Shown here one piece after another: positions 23,157-37,589 of a stretch of 64,000 nt of DNA. The stretch's first letter is position 1; each line of letters opens with the position of its first letter. Both the position numbers and the translations under genes were made by a program. This DNA is from Lingula anatina (taxonomy: Eukaryota > Animalia > Brachiopoda): NCBI GenBank assembly GCA_051362555.1, contig CM120640.1, forward strand, positions 26,584,225 to 26,648,224. The letters run 5' to 3'. The notes under the pieces are model-generated. The model had not been told where the DNA came from. It searched no databases and saw only the letters and a list, made by a program, of their open reading frames with translations.

Positions 23157-25525
23157 TCTGAATCACGTGAACGTTATCAAGTGTCATAAGGCATACATTA
23201 CGAAAATATTTAGGTCTTGGAACGTGATTTGATGACTTTTTTAAATGCATATATATACAATTATAAATTTATAATTAAGTTATTTAATATCAAATTATAA
23301 GTTCTGACCGAGTTTTAAAATTTATTTTAGGAGGGGTAAAAAAACCCAACCCCATCTAATATATATTGGATACATCCGTAGGCCTTTGTCCTTAGAACTA
23401 GGCGTACAAAATGTGTCTTCTAGCTAAAGTTATTATTATGGTGTATGTGTAATTAAAAAAAAAACTACGTAAGAGTGACAATAGGTCATGTGTTTCGAAT
23501 GCACCCCCACTCTCCGATCAGACATTACTTATGTATAATTCACAGTCCATCTTCGTTGTAGTTTGTGACTTAACGTCATTTCTTAGTGAAGCGGTGTTGT
23601 CCTCAATTTACCTTAAATGTCCAAATTACTAAGAAGAAACCACTTGCAAGAATTATAAGGCTTTTTATACTGCTAGGTCTATAGACGTGATACACACGAT
23701 ATTTTGCAACCCCACAAAATCTGTTTCTTAAAATTTTGGTTCCACCACAAAGCTTAGCACTATCATTCTTTTTTGCTTTATTGATATATTTTCAGTACAT
23801 AAATGACCATTGTCTGTTGCCCAATTTTGCACAAAATTAAGATAATCCCCAAAACCTCATTAATTGTGTTTCCTCCATCCCAAAAAATATTAAAAATTTC
23901 TCCTCATAATTTAGTAGTGCACTGGCATCTACACAGTACATAAATGTATCATTATCATAACATCTTGTTCTTACTGATAACATAATGATCTTAATTCCAT
24001 AACAATTCTAAAATGTTAATAACAATGAAAATTCAAAGTAGATGGCAAGATTCTTATTGTGCTGATAAAGATAAAATATGTAAATTCAATACTGATTAGG
24101 TACTGTATACTGGCTCATTGAAAAAAGGGAACCGTTTCACAAAAAAATTAAGCTTAGACTGCTAAATCTGGATAGCCAACTATACAAAGTCAACTTTGCG
24201 ATATTGTCTTACAACTACAATTTTTTAAGAATGATTGGTCCACAGTTGATGAGTAGAATATACATAAATGGGCTACTGACACCATTGCAAGTAAAAGACT
24301 TGCCAAGACAATCAAAATGTAAATCAAAGGAAAGTGAAAAGAAAGTAAAAAGACTGGAAAAAATGAGGCAAAATTGATAACTTGGTTAATGAGCGAACAA
24401 TACTCTAGTTTTGATTAAATCAGAACTTTTCTTGCACCTATTTTTATTTTTGCCATTTTGTAAGTGAAAAAAGGGGAATAGGGGATTGGTGTAGTGAAAG
24501 CCCAACCTTAACCTTTGGATGCTATTCTCATTAAACATATGCATAAAAGACAAAATTTAGACCACAAATAGATTCATGCAATCTACCAACCTTTTTTACA
24601 GTGAGTCATTGCAACTTATCAGTTATTTCTGGCCTAGGCTATCTGTAAGATTCTTACAACTGTGAAGTGCAACTTAGCCAGCTAAGTCTTTATAGGCTCA
24701 GATTTTAGACTACAAACCAACTTCAAACATTTAGTAAAGCAAGTGCAAGGAATAGTTAGTTTGAAGGCTCTGCCTCCCCATAGAGTGAGAACAAACACAG
24801 TCACACTGTATGATACATTACAGAAAACATTGGTTAAAAATATACTCTGGAATTTTACATTTTCACTAGTATAGAATCAATTTGATTTCTAAAACTGACT
24901 TATTATAAAAATACTCCTGTCAATTTAAAACTTTTTCATAAAGCATATCTGAAATACACTGATAAAATATTATTAAAAATATTAAAATTTGATATTCACA
25001 GATAAAATAGGCTCAAGTCAAAATGATTAAGACAATTATTGAAGCATTATTCAAACCCCAATTTTGATTATTTTCATACAATTAGTGATTCACAAGTTTT
25101 TTAACAGAGTTGTACCTAATCTGACTACATGATATCTATCAAAATCTCTCTAAAATCAAGTGACAAAAAAATGCCCACAGTTTCAAGCACCATAAAATAT
25201 GGCTTAAGTAAGTAATATCCTCAATTGTTTCATAATAAACGTCATGTCACTTGAATGTACCATTCTCCAGAAAAAAAAGATGAACTTGCAAGGTTTGATA
25301 AGTCTGCGTTTACAGGTAGATGTCATAGTTTAATATACATGAGGCAGCTTTATATCGTGGTCAACAATATTATATTATATTATATCAGTTTCTCTAGCCT
25401 CCATGTCTTATTCGTCATAATATTTTGATTTTCAAATTCAGGGTCCCCTAGTAAAAGATCTTGCATTTCCTCTTGATCACAGAAGAATCTGAGTTGAGAA
25501 TACAGTTGAGAATACAGAGTTAAAA

Positions 25526-25631
25526 TTAGGCCTCTCCTCTCCACTCGGGGTCCTCTTGCAACTGAACCTCGCTGACATCCATGGTTACATCTTGAAAAAT
25601 AATATATTCCCAAAAAAGTTTAAATGGTGCA

Positions 25632-25669
<38 letters not shown>

Positions 25670-26629
25670 TAAAATCAATAAATCTTGGACACATTACTTG
25701 TCGTACGTCTGAATAACACGACAGACAAGAAGAAAATAGTTGCTCTTGAAAATGGACTTTAAGTAATGAAAATGCAAGATGACAGCTAGTAGATAGTACA
25801 TGTGCATGCAATTTATTTGAAATTCTGACTTTTCAGTCCTAATGATTTAGATTATTTATAGCCAATAATCTGAGAAAATAAAATATTCAACAGAGAAATT
25901 GGTCCTGCTCGTACCTGACTGCTTAATATTCACTGCAACAAACGTCTCTACGACATCGTCGAGCTGATCAATAGGGTCATCATAATCACATCCTGTGTAC
26001 GCTTTTTTCTCGAGGCAGTACTTAAGGAAACTACACCAAAGAGAAGTTGAAAATAAAGAAAGAATTGCCTACTTTCTTTTGTCTTTCTGTATGGACTTTC
26101 ATTCACAATAAAAGAATTGCCTAGTAGACACTATTTTGTCTGTCAGTTTGGAGTTTAATTTACATGTTTTTTAACTTTCCTTTTTTTTTCTATTTTTTTT
26201 TTTTATTATTTAACAGTCTGTCTGATCTAAAACATGATAGCTTTCTCTTTTTAATCTTTCTATCCTCTTTGTTTTTTTTTTTTTTTTTGTCAGTCTGTCT
26301 GAACAAACATTAAAAATTTAATTTATGAACTTTATTAAATCCTTAACATTTCTTTTTTTGTTGGTTTGTCTGTCTGTCTGAACAAGAGTTCTTAGAAACA
26401 ATGAGATTAAATAAAGATAAAATAAAGGAAAAAAATTTTGAACCTAACATGGCTGATTTGTGTTTGGTTTGAAAAAGTCTTATAATTTGATTGAACTTTT
26501 TTTGCTTACTGATCAAATAAATTAAAATAATTCACTTCACCTGTTCCAATGTTCATCTTGCAAAAGAAGAAACGGATTCCCTACAACAATCAATAGGGCC
26601 TTTGCTCTTGTGATCGACACATTAAACCT
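25526..26629 (-). CDS. MOV10: MOV10-type SF1 (UPF1-like) RNA helicase, last three coding exons only
   Basis: Exons 26629-26541 (RFNVSITRAKALLIVVGNPFLLLQDEHWN, helicase motif VI), 26030-25915 (SFLKYCLEKKAYTGCDYDD...) and 25590-25526 (DVTMDVSEVQLQEDPEWRGEA*). Phases are compatible; the YC....YTGC and terminal PEWR motifs match the MOV10 C-terminus. Confidence 0.85.
25633..25668. repeat. (TAA)n microsatellite
   Basis: Directly visible, in the last MOV10 intron. Confidence 0.9.
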
Positions 26630-29600
26630 CTGAAAAAAAAATTAATCCCACATGTAACTGTATGTGCGGGTGAACACTGAAGACAGTATAGTCTGAGACT
26701 AACTGTTCATATCTCTTCTGTGAATTCCGCATCACATGGCATAGTCTCCGCAGTGCCATAGTGGAAAGAAATGGTGATGAAAATAGTATGGACTCTAGCT
26801 GTTTAAATAACCTTACATTTCAAAATGTACAAAGTCTTATGAATTATGTGTTCACGCATATACACATGCCACAGCACAATCATGGTAATGACACTATCTT
26901 TTCAATGGGCAAAAATTATCAAACTTTCAAATGTATACCTTTATAAACACATTAAGTATATAGTATTAGTGGTACTCTTACTGCACAGATTAGAACTATA
27001 GAGTAGCTTACTTTTTTATTCTGTTGTGACCATCCAATAGGAATTGGGTAGGAGTATTAAAATTTTAAAAATTAATGGCCTAAAAAATACCGCATCTGTA
27101 AAATTCACAATTTCCCCCCCACTGAAAAAAATCAAGTTATTACCATATGCTGAGGTGGCACTAGCAATTTTTTCTAAAGCCAAATTACTACTTTTTCATC
27201 ACTTTTTTCTCCAAAATGGTTTAAATTTGACTAAAATAAGTCAAATCAACCCTATTTTGTTTAGCCAATTGAAGTCAGTTTTAGCATATAATCAACTAAC
27301 AATATTTTTAAGAAGCTGAAAATGTCAAAACAACACTTTTACATATCTAATTTGTTCCATATTGAGACTGTTAACATGCCTAAGAATTAAATCTGAAGAA
27401 ACGCCACTTATATGCAAAAAGGGCTAATAACTTCATCAAAACTTAACTGATCAAGCTTATTTTCAAACTTGATCTGTATATTAGTCAGACTGATCACTCC
27501 TGTAAGTTTCAAGACAAAAGGCTGATTGGTTTTCCTTAAAATGTGTTATTAGTGTTGCATATATGCTGAATAATGGAAAAAAACAGCATAACTTTAAATT
27601 TGTAAAAATAGTCCAATCAAGCCAATTTTCGAACTTGACCTGCGTATTATGAATATTCATCAGTTCTGTAAGTTTCAAGCCAAAAGGTAAAATGGTTTTC
27701 CACTTATCGTGTTATCAGTGCTGCATATATGCTGAGAAAATGCAGAAAATGGTTCATTTTGTTAATTTTGATGCAATAATAAATCATGCCTACAATAGCA
27801 CTGTCAATCAACACTGAATTTTAATCATGCACAACAGGTGACATCGTCAATAACAGGAGCGGATCCAGAGATATTTTCTGACAGTATTCCAAATTATCTT
27901 TGTTTATCCATCCTACATTTTTGAGGGTCTTCCAACAGAAAAAAACAGATACCCATCAATATGAACTTTAAAATATGAAAGACCCAGAAGACGGCCTCAA
28001 TCCACCCCTGCAATAAGATTACAGTTTCAGGACCAAATTCACATAATGAAAATCCCAATATTTGAATAATGATGACAATGCATAAAATAATATTACATAA
28101 TGTTTAAAGACATAAATGCAACTGTTTATGTGGAAATACAGAGAATGTGAAGAGCTTCAGGTGGATGGGAGCTGAAAATGCCAGTGTTTGAAAAATAAAT
28201 TAAAAAGAAAACACAACAAAAATATCCCATTAAAGCTGCTATTCAAACTTTTAATCTTGCTGTAATAACATGATATGAATAACCCCAATGTGTTTGAGGA
28301 TAATAAGGCACTGTTATTCAAATATTTTTTTTTATTTTGTTAACTTATTTGCAATATTAAACAACATTTACCTGCATAATTATCACAGATTCCTAATTAT
28401 GTGACACAGTTAAGAGAGCCTAACCTATGGGACTTTACTGGGAAATCTCAACGTGTTTTATGTAATCTTATTTAATGGGCACTTGGAAATTAATTAGGCA
28501 AATGATTTTATAGCTCTGAATTTAGCTTGTGATACCCCAAGGGACAATTACCACCATCCATAAACAGTAGCCCCATATAGCACTCTATAGAGCTGCATTG
28601 CTTCCAGAACAGAAAACAATCACTGATTTTCCAACACAAACTGCACGTCAGTCTTACAAAACTTTTCAGTAAGTTTGAGTATCATAAGTAACATGGTTTT
28701 TCCTTAATGGTCATTCCGGCAGCCATTTCCAAAATAGGGTTTTCTTCAACTTTTATGCAATATAACATAATGACCATCAATTTTTAATAATAAAATAAAA
28801 GTATCATGGATATACAGAAAATGTGACATGGAAAGGTCTTCAAGGCCATGGAAGTTCAGAGTCACACTTTCAAAATGCCAAAATGTATACAAGAGATAAC
28901 TGTATTAAATTGATTTTCTTCCATTTTCAACACCTTTTATTCATATAACAAAGTAATCAATTTACTGTCATTTTTAAATGAACAACTGAGAAAATTGGTG
29001 ACATAGGAAAAATATCAATAGAACAATTTTAAATGTCCAGTTTGCTCCATTCTGAGATTCTGAACATGGTGAATGATTGAATCTGACAAACTGTAAAGAT
29101 ATGAGTTTATTATTATTTCCATTTTTTGACACTTTATTACACAATTACAGGTTTACCATCTTTTTTATATAATCAACTAACAATATTGTTAAGATGCAGA
29201 AAATGTCAAAAGAACACCTTTACATATCTAATTAGTTCACATATGAGATTGTTAACATGCCTAAGAATTAAATCAAAGGAAAAAACACTTATATACAAAC
29301 AAGGCAGCAAAGCTGTCAAATGTACAGACAAAAAACAGAAAATAAAGACGCAAAAAATAGGTCATTTTGTCAACTTTGATGCAATAATAAACAAGGCAGC
29401 AAAGCTGTCAAATGTACAGACAAAAAGCAGACAATAACAATGCACAAAACAGGCTACTGTCAATTCTGATGCAAAAGTACATTATGCTTAACTGCAAATT
29501 CAACATCAAATTTCAATTATGCTCAACAGGTAATACCAATGTAAGTGAAATGTGTAACAAGCGTAAGGCTTCAGGCCCATGGGAGTTTAAGTTCACACTT

Positions 29601-32600
29601 TGAAAATGCCAGAATGAGAAAAATGAAAATTTCACATAAAACTGCTTAAATTCAATAATAAATGATAACCCATTTGAGCTGGCTTTCTTATTTGAACTGC
29701 ATGCCAATCCTACAAATCATACTTGTAATTTGAAAATAATAATAAGTAACACAGTTTTCTTTTCATAATGTTTGTAGTAGCAGTGCAAAAAGATTTTTGT
29801 CAATTTTGATGTAACATTACATAATAAATTACAGAATAATTATCACCAATTTTTGATTATTGACTATAAATAGCATGGACATGTAGAAAATTTGATTACC
29901 ATTTGGCTTCATATCCATGGGAGCTTCGAGTCCCACAATGAATATGCCAACATGATAAAAATGAATATTTCACTAAAATGTATAACTTCCAGAAAAAGAA
30001 GCCAATTAGACTACTTTTCCAACTCAGGCTGCATTTTAGTCCTTTGTTTCTTTTTTGAAAGTTTGACAATCATAAGTAACATGGTTTTCCCATAATGGTC
30101 ATCATGGCAGCAGCACCCAAAATTGTGTTTTCTTCTTTTTTAATGCACTATTACATAATGCTTAACAGCATAATGACCATCAGTTTTTAATAATAAAAGA
30201 TCCGTATCATGGATTTTCAGAAAATGTGATTAGCATGGGTCTTCAAGCTCGTGGAGGTTCTTAAGTCACACCTTGAAAATGCCAATATGTGAAAAATTAA
30301 ATTTTCACAAAAAAACTGATTAACTGCCAAAAAAATTTACCAAATAGACTGCATTGCCCACTGAAGCTTTATTTAAGTCACATGTTTCTTCCTGTAAGTT
30401 TGAGAACAGTAAGTGACATGGTTTTCCTTAAATGGTCATCATGGGAGCAGTGTCCGAAATAGGGGTGTCTTCAAATTTTGATGCAATATTACATAATGTT
30501 TAACAGGATAATTACCATCAATTTTTAATAATAAAATATTAGTATCATGGATATTCAGAAAATGTTCCTAGCAAAGGTCTTCAGGCCCAAGGAACTTTAA
30601 AGTCACACCTTGAAAATGCCAAAATGTAGACAAAACAGCACTGTCCTGAAATGTGTTTTTTTCCATTTTTAACAATTTTTTAACATATGACAAAATTAAC
30701 AATTTACTGCCATTTATATATGATCAACTAAGAAAATTGATGAGATGGGAAAAATATCAATAGAACAGTGTTTAATGTCCAATTTCCTCCATTCTGAGTT
30801 TCTGAACATAGTGAATGAATGAATCTGACAAACTGCAATGATATGAGTTTATTTCCATTTTTGAAACTCTATTATACAATACATGATAACAAGTTTACCA
30901 TCATTTTTACTAAATCAACTAACAATGTTGTAAAGATGCAGGAAATGTCAAACAAACGCTTTTACATATCTTATTAGTTTAATAATGAGACTGTTAACAT
31001 GCCTAAGAAATAAATCTGAGGAAATGTGAAAAAACAGCATAACTTATAAAATAATGGCCCGATTATGCTGATTTTCGAACTTGACCTGCGTTTTAGTAAG
31101 ATTGATTACTTCTGTGAGTTTCATGACAACAGGTCTATCGGTTTTCCTTAAAATGTGTTAACAGTGTTGCACATATGCTGAAAAGTGAAAAAAACAGCAT
31201 AACTACTAAAATAGTGGCCCGATCATGCCGATTTTCGAACTTGATCTGCGTTTTAGTAAGATTGATTACTCCTGTGAGTTTCATGACAACAGGCCTATCG
31301 GTTTTCCTTGAAATGTGTTAACAGTGTTGCATATATGCTAAAAAGTGAAAAAACAGGATAAATTCTACAATAATGGCCCGATCATGCTGATTTTCGAACT
31401 TGACCTGCGTTTTATGAATATTAGTCAGCTCTGTAAATATAAAGCCAAAAAGTAAAACTGTCTTCCACTTATGGTGTTAACGCTGAAAGTGCACGGCGAC
31501 GGCGACGGCGACATGATCGGCGACGGCGACGGCGACGGCGACGACAGACGCAGGTGATGGCAATATGTACAGACACATCTGTGTCTGTACATAATAATGC
31601 TGTCAATCAACACTGAATTTTAATAATGAACAACAGATAACATGGTCAATAACAGGAGCAAACAGGAGAGATATTTTCTAACGGTATTCTAAATTATCTT
31701 TGTTGATCCATCCTCCATTTTTGATGCTCTTCCAACAGAAAAAACAAGGCAGCAAAGCTGTCAAATGTACAGACAAAAAACAGAAAATAAAGATGCAAAA
31801 AAGGTCATTTTGTTAATTTTGATGCAATAATAAATAATGCTTATAATAGCACTATCAGTCAACACTGAATTTTATAATCATGCACAACAGGTAAAATGGT
31901 CAATAACATGAGCGGACCCAGAGATATTCTCTGACAGTATTCCAAAGTATCTATTTTGATCCATCCTCCATTTTGATGGTCTTCCAACAGAAGAAAAAAT
32001 AGATACCAGGCAATATAAACTTAATAACCTGACTGTCTTCCGGAAGTCCCAGAAGATGGTCTCAATCTACCCTTTCAATAAGATTACAGTTTCAGGACCA
32101 TGAGAGTTCAAATTCACATGATGTAAGTCTCAATATTTGAAAAATGATGACAGTGCATGAAATAATATTACATAAGTAACATAATGTTTTAAGACATACA
32201 AGGCAGCAAAGCTGTCAAATGTACAGACAAAAAGAAGGAAAAAAACAAAATAGGGTACAGTCAATTCTGATGCAAAAGTACATTATGTTAAACTGCAAAT
32301 TCAACATCAAATTTTAATTATGCTCAACAGGTAATTCCAATGTAAGTAAAATGTGTAACAAGCATAAGGCTTCAGCCCCATAGGAGTTCAAGTTCACACT
32401 CTGAAAATGTATAACTTCCAGAAAAAGAAGTCAATTAGACTGCTTTTCTCAGGCTGCATTTTAGTCCTGTATTTCTTTTTTGAAAGTTTGGCAATCATAA
32501 GTAAGATGGTTTTCCCATAATGGTTTTCATGGCAGCAGCACCCAAAATTGTGAGTTCTTCTATTCTGATGCAATATTACATAATGGTTAACAGCATAATG

Positions 32601-35600
32601 ACAATCAATTTTTAATAATAAAATAAAGGTATCATGGATTTTCAGAAAATGTGACTAGCATGGGTCTTCAAGCCTGTGGAACTTCAAAGTCACACCTTGA
32701 AAATGCCAATATGTGAAAAATTAAACTTTCACAAAAAATCTGTTTAACCGGCAGAAAGAATTACCAAACAGATTGCATTGCCTACTGAAGCTGTATTTAA
32801 GTCCCATGTTTCTTTCTGTAAGTTTGAGAACAGTAAATGACATGGTTTTCCTTAAATGGTCATCATGGGAGCAGTGCCCAAAATAGGTTTATTTTCAAAT
32901 TTTGATGCAATATTACATTATGTTTAACAGCATAATGATCATCAATTTTTAATAATATCATGTATATTCAGAAAATGTGACTAGCAAAGGTCTTCATGCC
33001 CATGGAACTTCAAAGTGACACCTTGAATATGCCAAAATGTAAACTAGACAGCACTGTGCTGAAATGGGTTTATTTCCATTTTTAACACTTTTTTAATATA
33101 AGATGAAATAAACAGTTTACTGCCATTTTTATATGATCAACTAAGAAAATTGATGAGATGGGACAAATATCAATAGAACTGTGTCAAATGTCCAATTTCC
33201 TCCATTCTGACATTCTGAACATAGTAAATGATTGAATCTGACTGATATGAGTTTATTTCCATTTTTGACACTTTATTACACAATACACGATAACAAGTTT
33301 ACCATCATTTCTACATAATCAACTAACAATGTTGTAAAGATGCAGGAAATGTCAAACAAACACTTCTATGTGTCTTATTAATTAAATAATAAGACTGTTA
33401 ACATGCCTAAGAATTGAATTTGAGGAAATGTGAAAAAACAGCCTGACTTCTAAAACAATGGCCCGATTATACTAATTTTCAAGCTCAACCTGCATTTTAG
33501 TAAGATTGACCACTCCTGTGAGTTTAATGACAATTGGTCTATCTGTTTTTCTTATATTGTGTTTACAGTGTTGCATATATGCTAAAAAGTGAAAAAACAG
33601 CATAACTACTAAAATAGTGGCCCGATCATGCCGATTTTCGAACTTGATCTGCGTTTTAGTAAGATTGATTACTCCTGTGAGTTTCATGACAACAGGCCTA
33701 TCGGTTTTCCTTAAAATGTGTTAACAGGGTTGCATATATGCTGAAAAGTGAAAAAACAGCATAACTTCTACAATAATGGCCAGATCATGCTGATTTTCGA
33801 ACTTGACCTGCGTTTTATGAATATTCATCAGCTCTGTAAATATAAAGCCAAAAAGTAAAACTGCCCTCCACTTATCGTGTTAACAAGGAAAGTGCACGGC
33901 GCCGGCATCGGCATCGGCGACGACGGCGACGACAGACGCAGGTGATGGCAATATGTACAGACACATCTGTGTCTGTACATAAAAAAACAGTACAACTGCT
34001 TATGTGGAAATACAGAAATGTCAGAGTCTCAGGCGGATGAGAGTTAAAAGTCACAAATGCAAGTGTTTGAGAAAAAATTATAAAGGACAAGGCAGCAAAG
34101 CTGTCAAATGTACAGACAAAAAGCAGACAATAACAATGCACAAAACAGGCTACTGTCAATTCTGATGCAAAAGTACATTATGCTTAACTGCAAATTCAAC
34201 ATCAAATTTTAATTATGCTCATCAGGTAATACCAATGTAAGTGAAATGTGTAACAAGCGTAAGGCTTCAGGCCCATGGGAGTTTAAGTTCACACTTTGAA
34301 AATGCCAGAATGAGAAAAATGAAAATATCACATAAAACTGCTTAAATTCAATAATAAATGATAACCCATTTGAGCTGGCTTTCTAATTTGAACTGCATGC
34401 CAATCCTACAAATCATACTTGTAAGTTGAAAATAATAATAAGTAACATAGTTTTCTTTTCATAATGTTTGTAGTAGCAGTGCAAAAAGATTTTTGTCAAT
34501 TTTGATGTAACATTACAAAATAAATTACAGGATAATTATCACCAATTTTTGATTATTGACTATAAATAGCATGGACATGTAGAAAATTTGATTACCATTT
34601 GGCTTCATGTCCACAATGAATATGCCAACATGATAAAAATGAATATTTCACTAAAATGTATAACTTCCAGAAAAAGAAGCCAATTAGACTGCTTTTCCAA
34701 CTCAGGCTGCATTTTAGTCCTTTGTTTCTTTTTTGAAAGTTTGACAATCATAAGTAACATGGTTTTCCCATAATGGTCATCATGGCAGCAGCACCCAAAA
34801 TTGTGTTTTCTTCTATTTTAATGCAATATTACATAATGCTTAACAGCATAATGACCATCAGTTTTTAATAATAAAAGATCCGTATCGTGGATTTTCAGAA
34901 AATGTGACTAGCATGGGTCTTCAAGCCCGTGGAGGTTTTAAGTCACACCTTGAAAATGCCAATATGTGAAAAATTAAATTTTCACAAAAAACTGATTAAC
35001 TGCCAAAAAAAATTTACCAAATAGTCTGCATTGCCCACTGAAGCTTTATTTAAGTCCCATGTTTCTTCCTGTAAGTTTGAGAACAGTAAGTGACATGGTT
35101 TTCCTTAAATGGTCATCATGGGAGCAGTGTCTTCAAATTTTGATGCACTATTACATAATGTTTAACAGGATAATTACCATCAATTTTTAATAATAAAATA
35201 TTAGTATCATGGATATTCAGAAAATGTTCCTAGCAAAGGTCTTCAGGCCAAAGGAACTTCAAAGTCACACCTTGAAAATGCCAAAATGTAGACAAGACAG
35301 CACTGTCTTGAAATGTTTTTTTTTCCATTTTTAACAATTTTTTAACATATAACAAAATTAACAATTTACTGCCATTTATATATGATCAACTAAGAAAATT
35401 GATGAGATGGGAAAAATATCAATAGAACAGTGTTTAATGTCCAATTTCCTCCATTCTGAGTTTCTGAACATAGTGAATGAATGAATCTGACAAACTGCAA
35501 TGATATGAGTTTATTTCCATTTTTGAAACTCTATTATACAATACATGATAACAAGTTTACCATCATTCACTACTAAAATAGTGGCCCGATCATGCCGATT

Positions 35601-35967
35601 TTCGAACTTGATCTGCGTTTTAGTAAGATTAATTACTCCTGTGAGTTTCATGACAACAGGCCTATCGGTTTTCCTTGAAATGTGTTAACAGTGTTGCATA
35701 TATGCTAAAAAGTGAAAACACAGCATAAATACTACAATAATTGCCCAAACATGCTGATTTTCGAACTTGACCTGCGTTTTATGAATATTCATCAGCTCTG
35801 TAAATATAAAGCCAAAAAGTAAAACTGTCTTCCACTTATCGTGTTAACGATGAAAGTGCACGGCGACGGCGACATCGACGGCGACAGGGACGGCGACGGC
35901 GACGACAGACGCAGGTGATGGCAATATGTACAGACACATCTGTGTCTGTACATAAAAACATAACAAA

Positions 35968-36151
35968 ACTAGAAAAGCACTCCGAGAGTGCAGACCTCTG
36001 CCAAGGTAGCAATTGTTGATTATTATTGATTTTTGTCCTCTTTGGCCCACTTCTGACAGTTCCTGAAAATTTCAGCAAAATCGGTCCATAACTTTTTGAG
36101 TTATGTTGATGACAAACAGGGGTGAAAATATAACCTCCTTGGCAGAGGTAA
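35968..36151 (+). mobile_element. Second, short DINE/Helentron-like non-autonomous element
   Basis: actagaaaagcactccgagagtgcagacctctgccaagg ... acctccttggcagaggtaa: a subterminal inverted repeat plus a 3' hairpin. It is absent at the equivalent site near 28215. Confidence 0.7.
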
Positions 36152-36197
36152 ATATAATTCCAATGAAGCTGCTATTCAAACTTTTAATCTTTCAGTT

Positions 36198-36199
<2 letters not shown>

Positions 36200-36262
<63 letters not shown>
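36200..36262. repeat. (TA)n microsatellite (others at 41343-41376, 48592-48645, 54049-54108)
   Basis: Directly visible. Confidence 0.9.
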
Positions 36263-36266
<4 letters not shown>

Positions 36267-37589
36267 TTATTTGCAATATTAAACAAAATTTACCTGCATA
36301 ATTATCACTGCTTCCTTATTATTAATCTAGCAGAGAGCTTAACCTATGGGAGTTTACAGGGAAATATCAACAAGTGTGCTTTATGTAATCTCAAATCACA
36401 AGTGTGCTTTATGTAGCCTATCAATTAGGCAAATTACTTTATAACTGAAATTAGCGAAGTGATACCCAAGGGAAATTTATAGACTGACCCTCTCAAAGGT
36501 CTTTCAGGCCCATAAGTCACAACTTAAGAAGAGCACAAAACAATAATGCACAAAATAGGAGACTACCACTTCTGATGCAATAATACATTATGTTTAACTG
36601 CACAGTCAACATCAAATTTTAATTTTGCACAACAGGTAACACCGACGAAAGTAAAAGCATAAGGCTTCAGGCCCATCAGAGTTCAAGTTTATACTTAGAA
36701 AGTGCCAGAATGAGAAAAATGAAATTTCACACAAAATTGCATTAAATTCAATAATAAATGATAACCCAATTGACCTGGCTTTCTAATTTGAACTGCATGC
36801 CAATCCTAAAAATCATACTCTTAAGTTAAATATAATAATAAATAACACAGTTTTCTTTTCATAATGTTTGAAGTAGCAGTGCAAAAAGATTATTGTCAAT
36901 TTTGATGTAACATTACATAACAAATTATAGAATAATTATCACCAATTTTTGATTATTGACTATAAATAGCATGAACATGTAGAAAATTTGATTACCATCC
37001 GGCTTCATGTCCATGGGAGCTCCGAGTCCCACAATGAATATGCCAAAAAGATGATGAATATTTCACTAAAATGTATAACTTCCAGAAAAAGAAGCCCATT
37101 AGACTGCTTTTCCAACTTGGGCTGCATTTTAGTCCTGTGTTTCTTTTTTGAAAGTTTGACAATCATAAGTAACACGGTTTTCCCATCATGGTTATCATGG
37201 CAGATGTGGATGATTGAATCTGACAAACTGCAATGATATGAGTTTATTTCCGTTTTGGACACTTGATTACACAATACATGATAACAAGTTTACTATCATT
37301 TTTACATAATCAACTAACAATGTTGTAAAGATGCAGGAAATATCAAACAAACACTTTTAGGTATCTTATTAGTTCAATAATGAGACTGTTAACATGCCTA
37401 AGAATTGAATCTGAGGAAATTTGAAAAAACAGTACAACTTCTAAAATAATGGCCCGATAACGCTGATTTTCGAACTCAACCTGCATTTTTGTAAGATTGA
37501 CCACTCCTGTGAGTATAATGACAATTGGCTAAGCTGTTTTTCTTATATTGTGTTATAAATGTTGCATATATGTTGAAAATGGAAAGAAA

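Noticed and set aside
13878-23401. Canonical Helitron bounded by tctatatatac (13880) and ctag (23398)
   Set aside because: No A|TC and CTAG|T target context, only a weak 3' hairpin and no RepHel remnants; the ends remain undefined.
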